Shown: positions 18,594 to 27,840 of the stretch, one piece after another | How the letters are laid out: the number at the start of each line of letters is the position of its first letter | How positions within the stretch are numbered: the first letter of the stretch is position 1 | Assembly (NCBI GenBank): GCA_965261975.1 | Contig: CBDHEC010000016.1 | Coordinates: 1-48,419, forward strand | Length of the DNA: 48,419 bases | Direction of reading: 5' to 3' | From: Alphaproteobacteria bacterium | GTDB lineage: Bacteria > Pseudomonadota > Alphaproteobacteria > UBA6615 | Notes under the pieces: generated by a model | The model's input: only the letters and a program-made list of their open reading frames with translations | Told to the model about the DNA's origin: nothing | Databases searched by the model: none | Program-made: the position numbers and the translations under genes

Positions 18594-20222
18594 CTAACGC
18601 TGTTCGGTATGACGATCCGAGATTTGTTTTCCTGAAATCAGATAAAGCGCGCCCGCGCTAAATCCGGATTCGTGATCCACATCTGCTCCGACCAGAATGT
18701 CGTCGAAACCGTCTTTGTTCCAGTCGTCGCCGGCGTGCAGGCCGGTTCCCAGATAACTCAGGGGTGCACCGAGGACCTTGAGAATATTGGCGTTCGAAAC
18801 GGTGTACTCCGCGCCCTCCGATACATACTTGCCCGGCAGAACATAGAGCGACCCCGCATTGTCGTAAGTGTAATGGGCGACGGTTACGAAATCGGGCACG
18901 CCGTCACCATCGATATCCCCGGCTTTCAGACTGATATCGTAGCCGATACCGCTTTTTTGCCGGGTCGGAATATTGGCTTCCCCACGGAGAGTGGTGTGGA
19001 CGATGTTCCTGAAGTCCGTTTGGCCGCCTTCGCCCGCGGCGCGCCGCAACTTTGCGCCGCTGACCAAGTAGGACACACCAATCACTATGTCCTGATCGTT
19101 CTGGGCGTTCGGAAACGACATCCAGAAATCCTGGACCCCGTCTTGATCAAAATCCCCATAGGAGCCGATGGACAAATCGCGCGTGGAATGTGCATCAATG
19201 TCGATGGTGAGAATGGAATCGCCGCGTTTGAAATCGAAGAATACCAACCGAGAGTTTGAGACCAGTACAATTTCAGAACTGTCGGGAAGCGTGCTTGCCG
19301 GCACCATGGCAATGCCGTTGAGGTTTTCTGTCCCAACCGGCAAGTCGACGGGCTTCATGTCGGCAGAATTCTTCGGATCAACGCCTATGTGCAATTGCGC
19401 ATTGTTCAAATCGACAACGGTACCGTCGACAAAAAGTGCATTGTCGCTAAGATTCAAATCCGCACCGAGTTCATCGAGGCTCAATGTCTTCGAGCCTTGT
19501 ATCTTTTCGTCGAGCTCGATTATGCGCCCATTGAACAGCCAAGATTTTCCGTTGCTGCGGACACCTACATTGTCGATGACCGGGGCCTGACCGACCTTCT
19601 CCCAATCCGACGAATTTAGTTCAACGGCGCTATCTTCCAGGCTGACCTTCTCCTCGTTGACCCAGTTGTCTCCCGAGACAATCAGGTAATCGCGGCGGTC
19701 TTCGGAGCACCTCGTGTCGGCGGTTCCGGCGACAATGTCACTAATGCCATCGTCGTTTAGGTCGCCAACAACATCGAACACCCCCATCGTGACGCTATGG
19801 TATTCCCGGTCCAGGCCGTTCATGGCGGGCGGAAGCCATTTGGCCAACGTCACCTCGTCGATGGGCGTGAGTTCGCCAGATTGGTTGAAGTAGGCTTGTA
19901 ACCTGTCAGGGTTTCGACCGAACGCCGTGACCTGGAAAAACTCGAAAACGTCATCGAAATAGTCGTTGTAGTAGATAAATGTCTCGACCTCTTCCATGGA
20001 GACGGGCTCGCGCTCGGTCGTCCTGAACAAACGGAATCGATCCGTGGTAATCGCAATCGGGCGATCTTCGCAACGTTGGTCGTAGACCAAATTTTGCTGT
20101 TTCGCCGATCTGTTCAATATGTGCCCGGCGGAGTAACTCACCACCGTGATCGCGACGAGCAGCACGACAATCGCGATGCCCGCAATGAGGTAGGCTGAAC
20201 GTGGCAGGCTGGCGAGCTTCAT
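18594..20222 (-). CDS. FG-GAP/integrin-alpha repeat protein, N-terminally membrane anchored
   Basis: Ca-binding repeats GDLNDDGISDI, GDFDQDGVQDF, GDIDGDGVPDF, DDWNKDGFDDILVGA; AGSLYVL/AGALYLI; N-terminal TM. Confidence 0.8.
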   Translation of the reverse strand: MKLASLPRSAYLIAGIAIVVLLVAITVVSYSAGHILNRSAKQQNLVYDQRCEDRPIAITTDRFRLFRTTEREPVSMEEVETFIYYNDYFDDVFEFFQVTAFGRNPDRLQAYFNQSGELTPIDEVTLAKWLPPAMNGLDREYHSVTMGVFDVVGDLNDDGISDIVAGTADTRCSEDRRDYLIVSGDNWVNEEKVSLEDSAVELNSSDWEKVGQAPVIDNVGVRSNGKSWLFNGRIIELDEKIQGSKTLSLDELGADLNLSDNALFVDGTVVDLNNAQLHIGVDPKNSADMKPVDLPVGTENLNGIAMVPASTLPDSSEIVLVSNSRLVFFDFKRGDSILTIDIDAHSTRDLSIGSYGDFDQDGVQDFWMSFPNAQNDQDIVIGVSYLVSGAKLRRAAGEGGQTDFRNIVHTTLRGEANIPTRQKSGIGYDISLKAGDIDGDGVPDFVTVAHYTYDNAGSLYVLPGKYVSEGAEYTVSNANILKVLGAPLSYLGTGLHAGDDWNKDGFDDILVGADVDHESGFSAGALYLISGKQISDRHTEQR

Positions 20223-20510
20223 GATGCACCGTTCGGTCTTTCGTTGGCGTGTTCGTGAACGACTGCTCACCCGGGCATTTGGCGACAGTCATTCGCTGGC
20301 CGCAGCCAGGAAAAAATTCTGCATTCGTGCGTGAGAACGTGGCTAGCATATTGATTTCGGAAAGTTTTTCAAGCTTCCGCGAGGGAGGTGCGGCCGCCTG
20401 CTTGCCAGTCTTTGCTTGTGCCGGTTGGGGGCTTCGCCGCCATTGGTGCCGGGGATCGGCGCTATCGGAGGGACGCGCCTGGCCTCGGCGCTGGATGGCC
20501 TGAAGCCGCG

Positions 20511-21263
20511 CTAACCGAAGCTTTGCACCAGGCTCCCGGCCACCAGATACCAGCCGTCGACCAGCACGAAGAAGATCAGCTTGAACGGCAGGGAAATCAT
20601 GATCGGTGGCAGCATCATCATGCCCATCGACATCAGGACCGATGCGACCACCATGTCGATGATCACGAAGGGCACAAACAGCAGGAAGCCGATCTCAAAG
20701 GCGCGGCGCAGTTCCGAAATCATGAAGGCGGGGATAAGCGCACGCAGCGGCGTGTCCTCGATGCTGTCCACGCTTTCGAGTTTCGCCATGTCCATGAACA
20801 GCCGCAGATCCTGCTGGCGCACATGCTGCAGCATGAAGTCCTTGATCGGGGCCATGGTCCGCTCAAACGCCTCGCCCTCGGAGATTTCCTCGGCGATCAG
20901 AGGCTGAATGCCCTGGTCGTAGGCGGCCTCCAGCGTGGGCGCCATGACGAAGGCCGTGAGAAACAGCGCCAGGCTGACCAGCACCGTGTTCGGCGGGGTT
21001 TGCTGGGTGCCGATGGCCGAACGAAGGAAGGCGAGCACCACCACGATGCGGGTGAAACTGGTCACCATCACGATGATCGAGGGGGCCAGGGAAAGGACCG
21101 TCAGGAGGGCAATGAACTGCACGACCCGGGCGGTCGTGGAGCCGCCGTCGCCGAAGTCCAGATTGAAGCTCTGAGCCTCGGCGATGCCGATCGAGCCGAG
21201 AAATCCGAGCTCCAGGCCACCCAGCGCGATGGCGTAGCGGTTCAAATGGCGGAGCCTGTTCAT
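20511..21263 (-). CDS. fliP: Flagellar export gate protein FliP
   Basis: TSFTRIVVVL, QQTPPN, PAFMISELRRAFEIGF, LMSMGMMMLPP, LPFKLIFFVLVDGW. Confidence 0.95.
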   Translation of the reverse strand: MNRLRHLNRYAIALGGLELGFLGSIGIAEAQSFNLDFGDGGSTTARVVQFIALLTVLSLAPSIIVMVTSFTRIVVVLAFLRSAIGTQQTPPNTVLVSLALFLTAFVMAPTLEAAYDQGIQPLIAEEISEGEAFERTMAPIKDFMLQHVRQQDLRLFMDMAKLESVDSIEDTPLRALIPAFMISELRRAFEIGFLLFVPFVIIDMVVASVLMSMGMMMLPPIMISLPFKLIFFVLVDGWYLVAGSLVQSFG

Positions 21264-21592
21264 TGTGCGGCCCCGCTCTGGGGCGAGTGGGATGCATCGA
21301 GATGCGCCGCGAAGTCGGCACCTTCCGTACCGTTCGGCTCGATGCCGGTCTCGACCACGGTTTCGCTGGTGGGCCCCAGCAGCAGCAGATGTTCCACGCC
21401 GTCCCGGCGCACCAGCACGAGGCGGCGCTTGGCATCGATATGCGACGCCTCGACCACCCCGAGCCGGCCCTTGCCCGCGCCGAGGGTTACCCGGCCGGCA
21501 CCGTAGCGCCGCAAGATCCATGCGAGGGCCGCGATCAGGCCGAGAACGACGACCAGGGCGAGGACAAAACGCAATCCGGAGACCAGATCCAT
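21260..21592 (-). CDS. fliO: Flagellar biosynthesis protein FliO
   Basis: N-terminal TM, RLGVVE..IDAKRRLVLVRRDGVEHLLLLG; overlaps the fliP start. Confidence 0.88.
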   Translation of the reverse strand: MDLVSGLRFVLALVVVLGLIAALAWILRRYGAGRVTLGAGKGRLGVVEASHIDAKRRLVLVRRDGVEHLLLLGPTSETVVETGIEPNGTEGADFAAHLDASHSPQSGAAQ

Positions 21593-21627
21593 AACCAGTA
21601 AAACCTTTAAGGGTAAGTCCTTGGGGC

Positions 21628-21972
21628 CTAGGCGTCGTCGTCCGGGTTCGCATCCGGCACGGTGATCGCCGCGCTGTGGTCCGTTCGGGTGGTCGAGGCC
21701 TCAGCGCGGGCGAGCTGGGCCGCGACTTCGGTCTGTTCGGCCTCGATCTCGGCGCGAATCTCGTTGAGCTGGCTCAGGAGGGTCTCGAGCTGCTCGCGGA
21801 CCTTGGGGATGTCGGCGCGGGGCAGCTCGACGGCCGATTTGCACGTCTCGGCGACTTTCAGGTTGAAGCTATCGAGGTCGACTTCCTGTCCGTCGCGCAT
21901 GGCGGCGCGGATGGTATCGAGGGAGTTCGTGGCGGTATCGAGATCCTCGCGGACCGCTTCGAGCGTGGGCAT
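21628..21972 (-). CDS. Hypothetical helical protein upstream of fliO
   Basis: 114-aa ORF with host-like codon usage, GGAG RBS, co-oriented with fliOP. Confidence 0.7.
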   Translation of the reverse strand: MPTLEAVREDLDTATNSLDTIRAAMRDGQEVDLDSFNLKVAETCKSAVELPRADIPKVREQLETLLSQLNEIRAEIEAEQTEVAAQLARAEASTTRTDHSAAITVPDANPDDDA

Positions 21973-22170
21973 CGTTCAGGACTCCAGATCGTTTTGAGAA
22001 TGGTTGAGGCCAGTCCGCGCGCACGTCCGCGGCCTGCGCAGGCAGGTGGCGTTGTCGGATATGAAGGGGCGAAACGCCCGGTCGTGCGATGGGGGTGGCA
22101 GGCACGCGTGCTTCTCGTTGCGTAGTTAAGCGGCCTTCTGCCGCACGCCCAGAGGATCGCGGATTATGCT

Positions 22171-22186
22171 TAAGGAGAGGTTAAGG
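22171..22186 (+). repeat. attL core (overlaps a TTAA-N7-TTAA CtrA-type box at 22170-22184)
   Basis: TAAGGAGAGGTTAAGG, identical to 33301-33316. Confidence 0.88.
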
Positions 22187-22222
22187 GCTCTTGCGTCAAC
22201 GCACGACATTGGAAGTCAATAT

Positions 22223-22245
22223 AAGCCGGTTATCCGGCTTTTTTT
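22223..22245 (+). terminator. Terminator-like hairpin between attL and the integrase
   Basis: AAGCCGG-ttat-CCGGCTT-TTTTT. Confidence 0.6.
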
Positions 22246-22287
22246 ATTGAATCACGTCAACGCTAAGACTATCTAAGTCACTCAAAC

Positions 22288-22309
22288 GTAGTACGTGGGT
22301 AATACGTGG
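22288..22309 (+). repeat. Tandem 11-bp arm-type integrase binding sites (left)
   Basis: GTAGTACGTGG GTAATACGTGG; related tandem pair at 33222-33243. Confidence 0.65.
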
Positions 22310-22317
22310 AGGGACAT

Positions 22318-23499
22318 ATGAGGCTGGCGTTGACACCCAAAATCATCCGCGACCTGAAGCCGAACCCCGGTGGCGGCGACTTGATCGTGACAGATGCGCT
22401 GCTGCCCGGATTCGGTGTCCGCGTCTATCCGTCAGGCCGCATGGCGTACTGGTGGAACTCGCGGCGAGAAGGTCGGCAGACGATCGGCCCCACAGATGAG
22501 TACACCCTCGACGAGGCGCGAGACGAAGCGCGCGAGAACAAGAAGCTCTACCGCAAGGGCATCAATGTCAGAAAACATAAAGCAGCCGAGATTGAAGCCA
22601 ACCTCGCAGCAGAGCGCCGGAGCGCGCTGACGATCAGCGTGGCTCTGGATGAGTACTTCAAGCACCGCACCGATTGGTCAGCAGCCACACAGAAGAACTA
22701 CGCCATCTGCCGCCGCTACATCGAGCTGGAGTTCGGTGACCAGCACCCAGCTGACCTGACGGCACCAGACTGGATCGCGGTCTTGGCCGAGTATCAGGAA
22801 ACGCAAGGCATCGCCAACAATATGCTGGCCGTAGCCAAAGGCATGTTTAAGTGGTTGACCACAGCGTCCGCTCACGCGCGCGACGTCACCACCAACCCGG
22901 TGCGCGATGTTTCAGCCAAGAGACTACCCGCTCGGACAAACTACTTGCTGCCACAGGACCTGAGGCGACTGTATGACGTTGTCGCGGACGATCGGAATCA
23001 GTTCGAGGCCGCCGCAATCCAGATGCTCATCCTGACGGCACGCCGCCCCAGCGAGATTCGAAAACTAGCGTGGGCTGAGATCGACTTCGACAAGGCCACG
23101 ATCACTATTCCGAGCGAGCGAACGAAGACAGGGACAGAAGACACGTTCCCGCTCACGCCGAGGATGGTTGCAATTCTCAAGAACGTGCCGCAGCACAACG
23201 GGCCGCTCGTGTTCTCGCGCGACGGCGGCCACACGCCGATCAGTCTCAATCTGGCTCGTGTGCGTGAGCTGCTTGGTGAGGTGCCTGACTTCACAGGCGA
23301 GTGGCGCTTCCACGATTTCCGTACCAGCCTCGGCACCGCTCTGGACGATGCGGACGCGCCCTTCCACGAGAAGGAGATCATGCTGTCACATTCCCTTGGC
23401 GCGCTGGACCGCACCTACAGCAGGTCCAATCGGCTTGGGGTCAAGACGAAGTGGCTGAAATGGTGGGACAGCACGATTTTTGGTGCCAATCATGCTTAG
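22318..23499 (+). CDS. Tyrosine recombinase/integrase with N-terminal arm-binding domain
   Basis: DALLPGFGVRVYPSG arm domain; catalytic R (TARRPSEI), K (RTKT), HDFR, H (LSHS), Y (RTYSR) all present. Confidence 0.95.
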   Translation: MRLALTPKIIRDLKPNPGGGDLIVTDALLPGFGVRVYPSGRMAYWWNSRREGRQTIGPTDEYTLDEARDEARENKKLYRKGINVRKHKAAEIEANLAAERRSALTISVALDEYFKHRTDWSAATQKNYAICRRYIELEFGDQHPADLTAPDWIAVLAEYQETQGIANNMLAVAKGMFKWLTTASAHARDVTTNPVRDVSAKRLPARTNYLLPQDLRRLYDVVADDRNQFEAAAIQMLILTARRPSEIRKLAWAEIDFDKATITIPSERTKTGTEDTFPLTPRMVAILKNVPQHNGPLVFSRDGGHTPISLNLARVRELLGEVPDFTGEWRFHDFRTSLGTALDDADAPFHEKEIMLSHSLGALDRTYSRSNRLGVKTKWLKWWDSTIFGANHA

Positions 23500-23944
23500 T
23501 GATGATCGCAAGCGTGAGCTACTGGCGTTGTGGCATCTGGATGAAAGTGAGCCGATCCCGCAGACGGACCGCGAGTGGCAGCTTGTCGAATTTGGATTGT
23601 TGGCGGCCAGCGGCACGCCCATGCGCGCGAACAGCGCTCATTTCGACCGTCTGCGCGTTGCGCTTCTTGTAGCCCGCCGTATGCGCGACGAAGGCCTGTC
23701 AGCAGGTGCTTGCGTCACCCTGCTTAGCGGCGTGATCGCTCGGCTTGATGAGCCCGAAGACCTCATCGGCGCAGATACGATGGCTGCTTGGACAACACGA
23801 AAAGCGAAGGGGTATCCGACACCCAATCAGCGCGTCAAAGCTGACATAGATAGCCTTGGCTTCTCCAGAATCGATGCCGATATCGCCGAGTGGGAGTCGC
23901 TCATGGGGCGATCGATCGCAGACGGCCTTCCCGAGGGCTGGTAA
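23492..23944 (+). CDS. Hypothetical protein of the element
   Basis: Start overlaps the integrase stop; 150 aa; no recognised motif. Confidence 0.65.
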   Translation: MLSDDRKRELLALWHLDESEPIPQTDREWQLVEFGLLAASGTPMRANSAHFDRLRVALLVARRMRDEGLSAGACVTLLSGVIARLDEPEDLIGADTMAAWTTRKAKGYPTPNQRVKADIDSLGFSRIDADIAEWESLMGRSIADGLPEGW

Positions 23945-24026
23945 CTGTAAACATATCTGCAATCCTTACACTGCTGTTTAGTGATGATACCGGCAGTCTC
24001 CGTGCGATCAATTCACGGAGACGGAC

Positions 24027-24209
24027 ATGCAGGTTCAAGAACGCGAATGGCTGACGCCACAGGAGGCCGCCGAATACCTTGCCGTATCGACCGGCACGCT
24101 GCGGCAGTGGCGCTATCTCGACTACGGGCCGAAGCCAGCTAAGCGCAAGCGCATCATTAGATACAGCAAGGCCGTCATCGACCGTTGGCTTGAAGACGGT
24201 CGGGGCTGA
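24027..24209 (+). CDS. AlpA/excisionase-like HTH protein
   Basis: WLTPQEAAEYLAVSTGTLRQWR..GPKP..IIRYSKAVIDRWL (HTH_17/AlpA pattern). Confidence 0.88.
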   Translation: MQVQEREWLTPQEAAEYLAVSTGTLRQWRYLDYGPKPAKRKRIIRYSKAVIDRWLEDGRG

Positions 24210-24212
24210 GCA

Positions 24213-25895
24213 ATGCCTGCTGGGGACCTCGCTGATCTTGCCGTTGAACTCGCCGAAGAACTCGGCCCGGTGTTTCCGTGCGCCGGTGACAAGTCACCGC
24301 TGACCGCGCACGGATTCAAAGACGCTTCGAGCGACCCTGACGAAATTTATTCCGCGTTTTTTGCCGCACCGAACGTCGCGCTCATCGGCGTCGCCACCGG
24401 CGACATCATCGCGGTCGATATTGATCGGAAAAACGGGAAGGACGGTTTTCGGTGGCCCGTGTTGGCGGAACTCCCGCTGACCCGAACGCAATCAACGCCG
24501 TCCGGTGGCGAACACCGGCTATACCGGTTGCCGCCGGGACGCCGGTTGCGTGGTTCGTTGAGCGGTCTGTTCGAAGGCATCGATATTAAGGCCGATGGCG
24601 GCTACATCGCGACCGGGCCCGGCTATCGATGGATCAATGATGAGGACATCGCGACGCTGACCGAGGCGCACTGCGAATTGCTCTCGCGACCAGCAAGGCT
24701 GCCGCTTTCGCAACAGGGCGTATCCGCCGAGGACATCGCCGGTATCGACCACGGCAACTGGCACGAGCCGGTGTTGCGGCTGGTGGGCAAGCTAGTCGCG
24801 AAGGGCATCGACGATCAGACGATCTTTGCGCTGACGGACCGGTTCACTCTGTCCGGCCACACGGTCGCCCAGACGCGTCTAGAAGTCGCTGAGATGATTT
24901 GTGGCGCGCGCGCGAAGGGTTGGGCTCCCGAAGTGCCGGAGACGCGCCAGACGCCGTTCCTGAATCCGCTGGACGTGTTTCTCGCTGACCCACCGGACTG
25001 GCGCGTAGAGGGGCTACTACCCGAGCGTGGTGTCGGCATCCTTGTCGGCGGTGAGGGGTCGGGAAAAACCTTCGTTGCGATCGACCTGTGCATGGCCATC
25101 GCAAACGGCACAGCCTACGCCAACAACTACCCTACGTCTCGCGGCCGGGTACTGTACGCCGCCGCAGAAGATCGGCTCGGGGTCGGCGCCCGTATCGTTG
25201 CGCATCATCAATGGTCGGGCCTTGGCGTCGAGGACATTGTCCTTTGGCGCGGTATCTCACTCGCCGACACCGCCGACATCGAGTTTCTGGAACAGTGCGG
25301 CGACCGGTTCGATTTCGTCGTGGTCGATACGTTGAGCAAGGCGACGCCCGGTCTGGATGAAAACAGCAATACAGAAATGGCGGCGGCTATCGACCGAGCC
25401 TATCGCCTAAGCGCGATCTGGGATGCCTTCGTGCTGCTGGTGGCGCATAGCGGCAAGGAAGCTAGCAAGGGTATCCGAGGCGCGTCTTCGCTGACGGCGA
25501 ACGTCGATACCGTTTTGAAGTGCTCGCGCCCGGGGCGCGGCAAACAGGTCGGCGTGACGCTGGCCAAACAGAAGTCAGGACCCGAAGGCGTAGCGCTCAA
25601 TTTCTCGTTTGAACCGGTCGAGGTCACGAACACCCGCACGGGCGAAGTCACGCCATCGTTGGTGGTTAAGCCTGCGGGTCGATCCGCTTCTGATCTCTGC
25701 CGCCTCGTTCTAGAGGAAGGCGAGATGTCGGTTCAGGAGGTGTTTGAGCGTGTTACTCGGCACTCCGTGGACCCGTGTTACTCGGGCGTTACCAAGGCGG
25801 CCGTGAAGCAGGCTCTGCATCGCATGGTCCAGTCGGGTGAAGCGGTGAATAGCGGCGGAAACTATGCGCTTTCCGCGGGCGGAGAGGTCGAATGA
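24213..25895 (+). CDS. Bifunctional primase-polymerase fused to an AAA_25/RepA-type helicase
   Basis: PVFPC..HGFKDAS..IGVATG..VDID..TPSGGEH (Prim-Pol); Walker A GGEGSGKT, Walker B VVVDTL, VAHSGK, RGASSL. Confidence 0.9.
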   Translation: MPAGDLADLAVELAEELGPVFPCAGDKSPLTAHGFKDASSDPDEIYSAFFAAPNVALIGVATGDIIAVDIDRKNGKDGFRWPVLAELPLTRTQSTPSGGEHRLYRLPPGRRLRGSLSGLFEGIDIKADGGYIATGPGYRWINDEDIATLTEAHCELLSRPARLPLSQQGVSAEDIAGIDHGNWHEPVLRLVGKLVAKGIDDQTIFALTDRFTLSGHTVAQTRLEVAEMICGARAKGWAPEVPETRQTPFLNPLDVFLADPPDWRVEGLLPERGVGILVGGEGSGKTFVAIDLCMAIANGTAYANNYPTSRGRVLYAAAEDRLGVGARIVAHHQWSGLGVEDIVLWRGISLADTADIEFLEQCGDRFDFVVVDTLSKATPGLDENSNTEMAAAIDRAYRLSAIWDAFVLLVAHSGKEASKGIRGASSLTANVDTVLKCSRPGRGKQVGVTLAKQKSGPEGVALNFSFEPVEVTNTRTGEVTPSLVVKPAGRSASDLCRLVLEEGEMSVQEVFERVTRHSVDPCYSGVTKAAVKQALHRMVQSGEAVNSGGNYALSAGGEVE

Positions 25896-25922
25896 CCGAG
25901 CCTCTCTTGCTCAATATCAGGT

Positions 25923-25985
25923 GTTACTACCCCGTTACTGGACCAGCAGTAACACCCCCCCTGTCTATAGACAGGGGCGTTACTG
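25923..25985. other. Putative replication origin: GTTACT iterons and a 20-bp perfect palindrome
   Basis: GTTACT at 25923, 25934, 25979 and inverted at 25948; CCCCTGTCTATAGACAGGGG at 25958-25977; further GTTAC copies in the 3' end of the primase gene. Confidence 0.6.
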
Positions 25986-26000
25986 GCGGAGGGGTCGGTA

Positions 26001-26393
26001 ATGGATAAAGACCGCCGCCGCTATTCGGTAATACCCATCCGAGCAGTCGGGCTTGTGAAGAAGGGCGAACATTGGCGCGTACTCGCTGCGCTGTGTTCCT
26101 ACACAAGTCCGTCCGGCGTGGCTTACCCAAACCAAACTACGCTCGGCGAAATGTGTCAGATGGGCCAGCCGCATGTCTCGCGGGCCATCAAAGAGTTGCA
26201 CCGGCTGGGGCTGGTTCGCCTCCTTCGGCCGAAAGGCAAGAAGCACAAACGCGCCTTCATGCGAGGCAATCGTTACCAAGTCTTATACGAGCCGAACGCG
26301 CCGCTTCCTTCTCCACTTGAAACTGAGATTGCGTGGAACAGCCGCACAAACCGCTGGCCCTCGCATCAGGACCGGGGAGGTACGGAGGGGTGA
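26001..26393 (+). CDS. Winged helix (HTH_36-like) DNA-binding protein, phage-type
   Basis: RVLAALCSY..GVAYPNQTTLGEMCQMGQPHVSRAIKELHRLGLV..NRYQV. Confidence 0.8.
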   Translation: MDKDRRRYSVIPIRAVGLVKKGEHWRVLAALCSYTSPSGVAYPNQTTLGEMCQMGQPHVSRAIKELHRLGLVRLLRPKGKKHKRAFMRGNRYQVLYEPNAPLPSPLETEIAWNSRTNRWPSHQDRGGTEG

Positions 26394-26690
26394 CGCGCGC
26401 TCTCTCACATTCACCAACAACCGCCGAAGCGCCAGCCTGCTTCACTCGGCGGCTAGCCCAGTCGGAACGCGACCCCCAGCGCGTTTCGGCTGGGCGCTTA
26501 ATTATCGATTACCCTGTGTTACAGCAAAATCAATGCGTTGTCGGTCGTGTATGTGACTGCGTACTACAGGCGCACCACAGGATGGCCAGCAGCGCGCAGA
26601 AAACCGACCCATTGCCCCCCGCCCCCCCCTGCGTCTGTGTAGAGGAGGGTGGCGCGTGATTTTCCCAATTTTCGACGAAAGGAACCCTTC

Positions 26691-27341
26691 ATGACTGAAC
26701 GCATAACCACGCTCGAGCGCGAGATCGAGGAGGCTCAGGCTGAAATCAACGCCGCCTCTTTGCTTGCCGCGACTGAACAAAGCACTCCGGCCGTGAGGCT
26801 GAAGAAAGCCCGGGCCATACTCGAGCAAAAGGAACTGTTGAAGCTCGCCCGACTAGAATTGGTCGAGCTGCGCAAGCAGGCGCGGGCCGAAGCCGAGGAA
26901 GCGGCTTTCGCCGAACGCTGCGGCAATCGCGAAGCAATTTGCGAAGCCGTGGATGAGATCGAGAAGGAATCGGCGGCCCTAGATAAAGCGCTCGCTAAGG
27001 CCGCGAAGCATTACACGGCGCTCGAGGACGGAGTGCGCTCGGTGCTTTCGTATGGCGAGAATGCGGAAGGCTTCGATCTGCGGACCTTCAAAACAGGGCA
27101 GCCGCTTCAAGCGCCATACAACTTCACGATTCATTGCCTAGCCGAACGGTTCGGGTGGGGGCCGTCGCATCATTTAGAGATGTGGCCCCGCCCGCATGGT
27201 CGAGACGAGGGGAAGGCGAGAGCGTTCGCCGACTTCCGAGCCGCGCGAGATGATTGGCGCTACCCGCCAGACGCAGAGCCGGAAGGTCCCGTTGAATTTG
27301 AAGAAGTAAGCCCGGAGGAGATGAACAATGCAGTTCTCTGA
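26691..27341 (+). CDS. Coiled-coil hypothetical protein
   Basis: AAGGA RBS; Ala/Glu/Leu-rich heptad pattern over the first ~120 aa. Confidence 0.75.
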   Translation: MTERITTLEREIEEAQAEINAASLLAATEQSTPAVRLKKARAILEQKELLKLARLELVELRKQARAEAEEAAFAERCGNREAICEAVDEIEKESAALDKALAKAAKHYTALEDGVRSVLSYGENAEGFDLRTFKTGQPLQAPYNFTIHCLAERFGWGPSHHLEMWPRPHGRDEGKARAFADFRAARDDWRYPPDAEPEGPVEFEEVSPEEMNNAVL

Positions 27342-27840
27342 AATCGTATCGTCCCATAAGCCGCTGGAAAGCCTTGTGCGGCTTGCGCTGGCCACCAAGG
27401 GCGTCACCGTAACCGACGGTACTGTGGACAGGTACGCGTCACTCCTCGAGGCGGCCATCCTCGCGGATGACGGCGAAAGCCTTGAGGGGAACGTTTGGCA
27501 GAGTTTCATCGACGGTATCGATGGATCGTCTAAGTACGAAGCGGCGATCCGGTCCATTGGCGAGACACTCGGAGCGTCGTCGAGCGAGATCGCCCAGTTC
27601 ATGGCCGTCAGCAACGCTACGATCGATGCGCTCACCGGAACGCCGATTGAGGAAGCAGAGCGTTTCCTTGCCGATGACTTTGACGCCATCACGCCGACCG
27701 CGGCGGAACCTTACTCTCACCTCGATGACCAGAGCAGGGTCGTCGCTATGGAAGTGGACCGCGCACTCGGTGCGCCAGATCCATCGCGTCCCGAGCCGTC
27801 ACATCTTGCAGAAAGCGATGGGGGCGATGATGCGGAATGA
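27328..27840 (+). CDS. Acidic hypothetical protein
   Basis: GGAGGAG RBS; overlaps the upstream gene; very D/E-rich. Confidence 0.72.
   Translation: MQFSEIVSSHKPLESLVRLALATKGVTVTDGTVDRYASLLEAAILADDGESLEGNVWQSFIDGIDGSSKYEAAIRSIGETLGASSSEIAQFMAVSNATIDALTGTPIEEAERFLADDFDAITPTAAEPYSHLDDQSRVVAMEVDRALGAPDPSRPEPSHLAESDGGDDAE

Noticed and set aside
22171-22186. tRNA/tmRNA 3' end or dif site as the attachment site
   Set aside because: No cloverleaf or TTCGA..CCA signature nearby, and no match to the XerC/XerD dif consensus.
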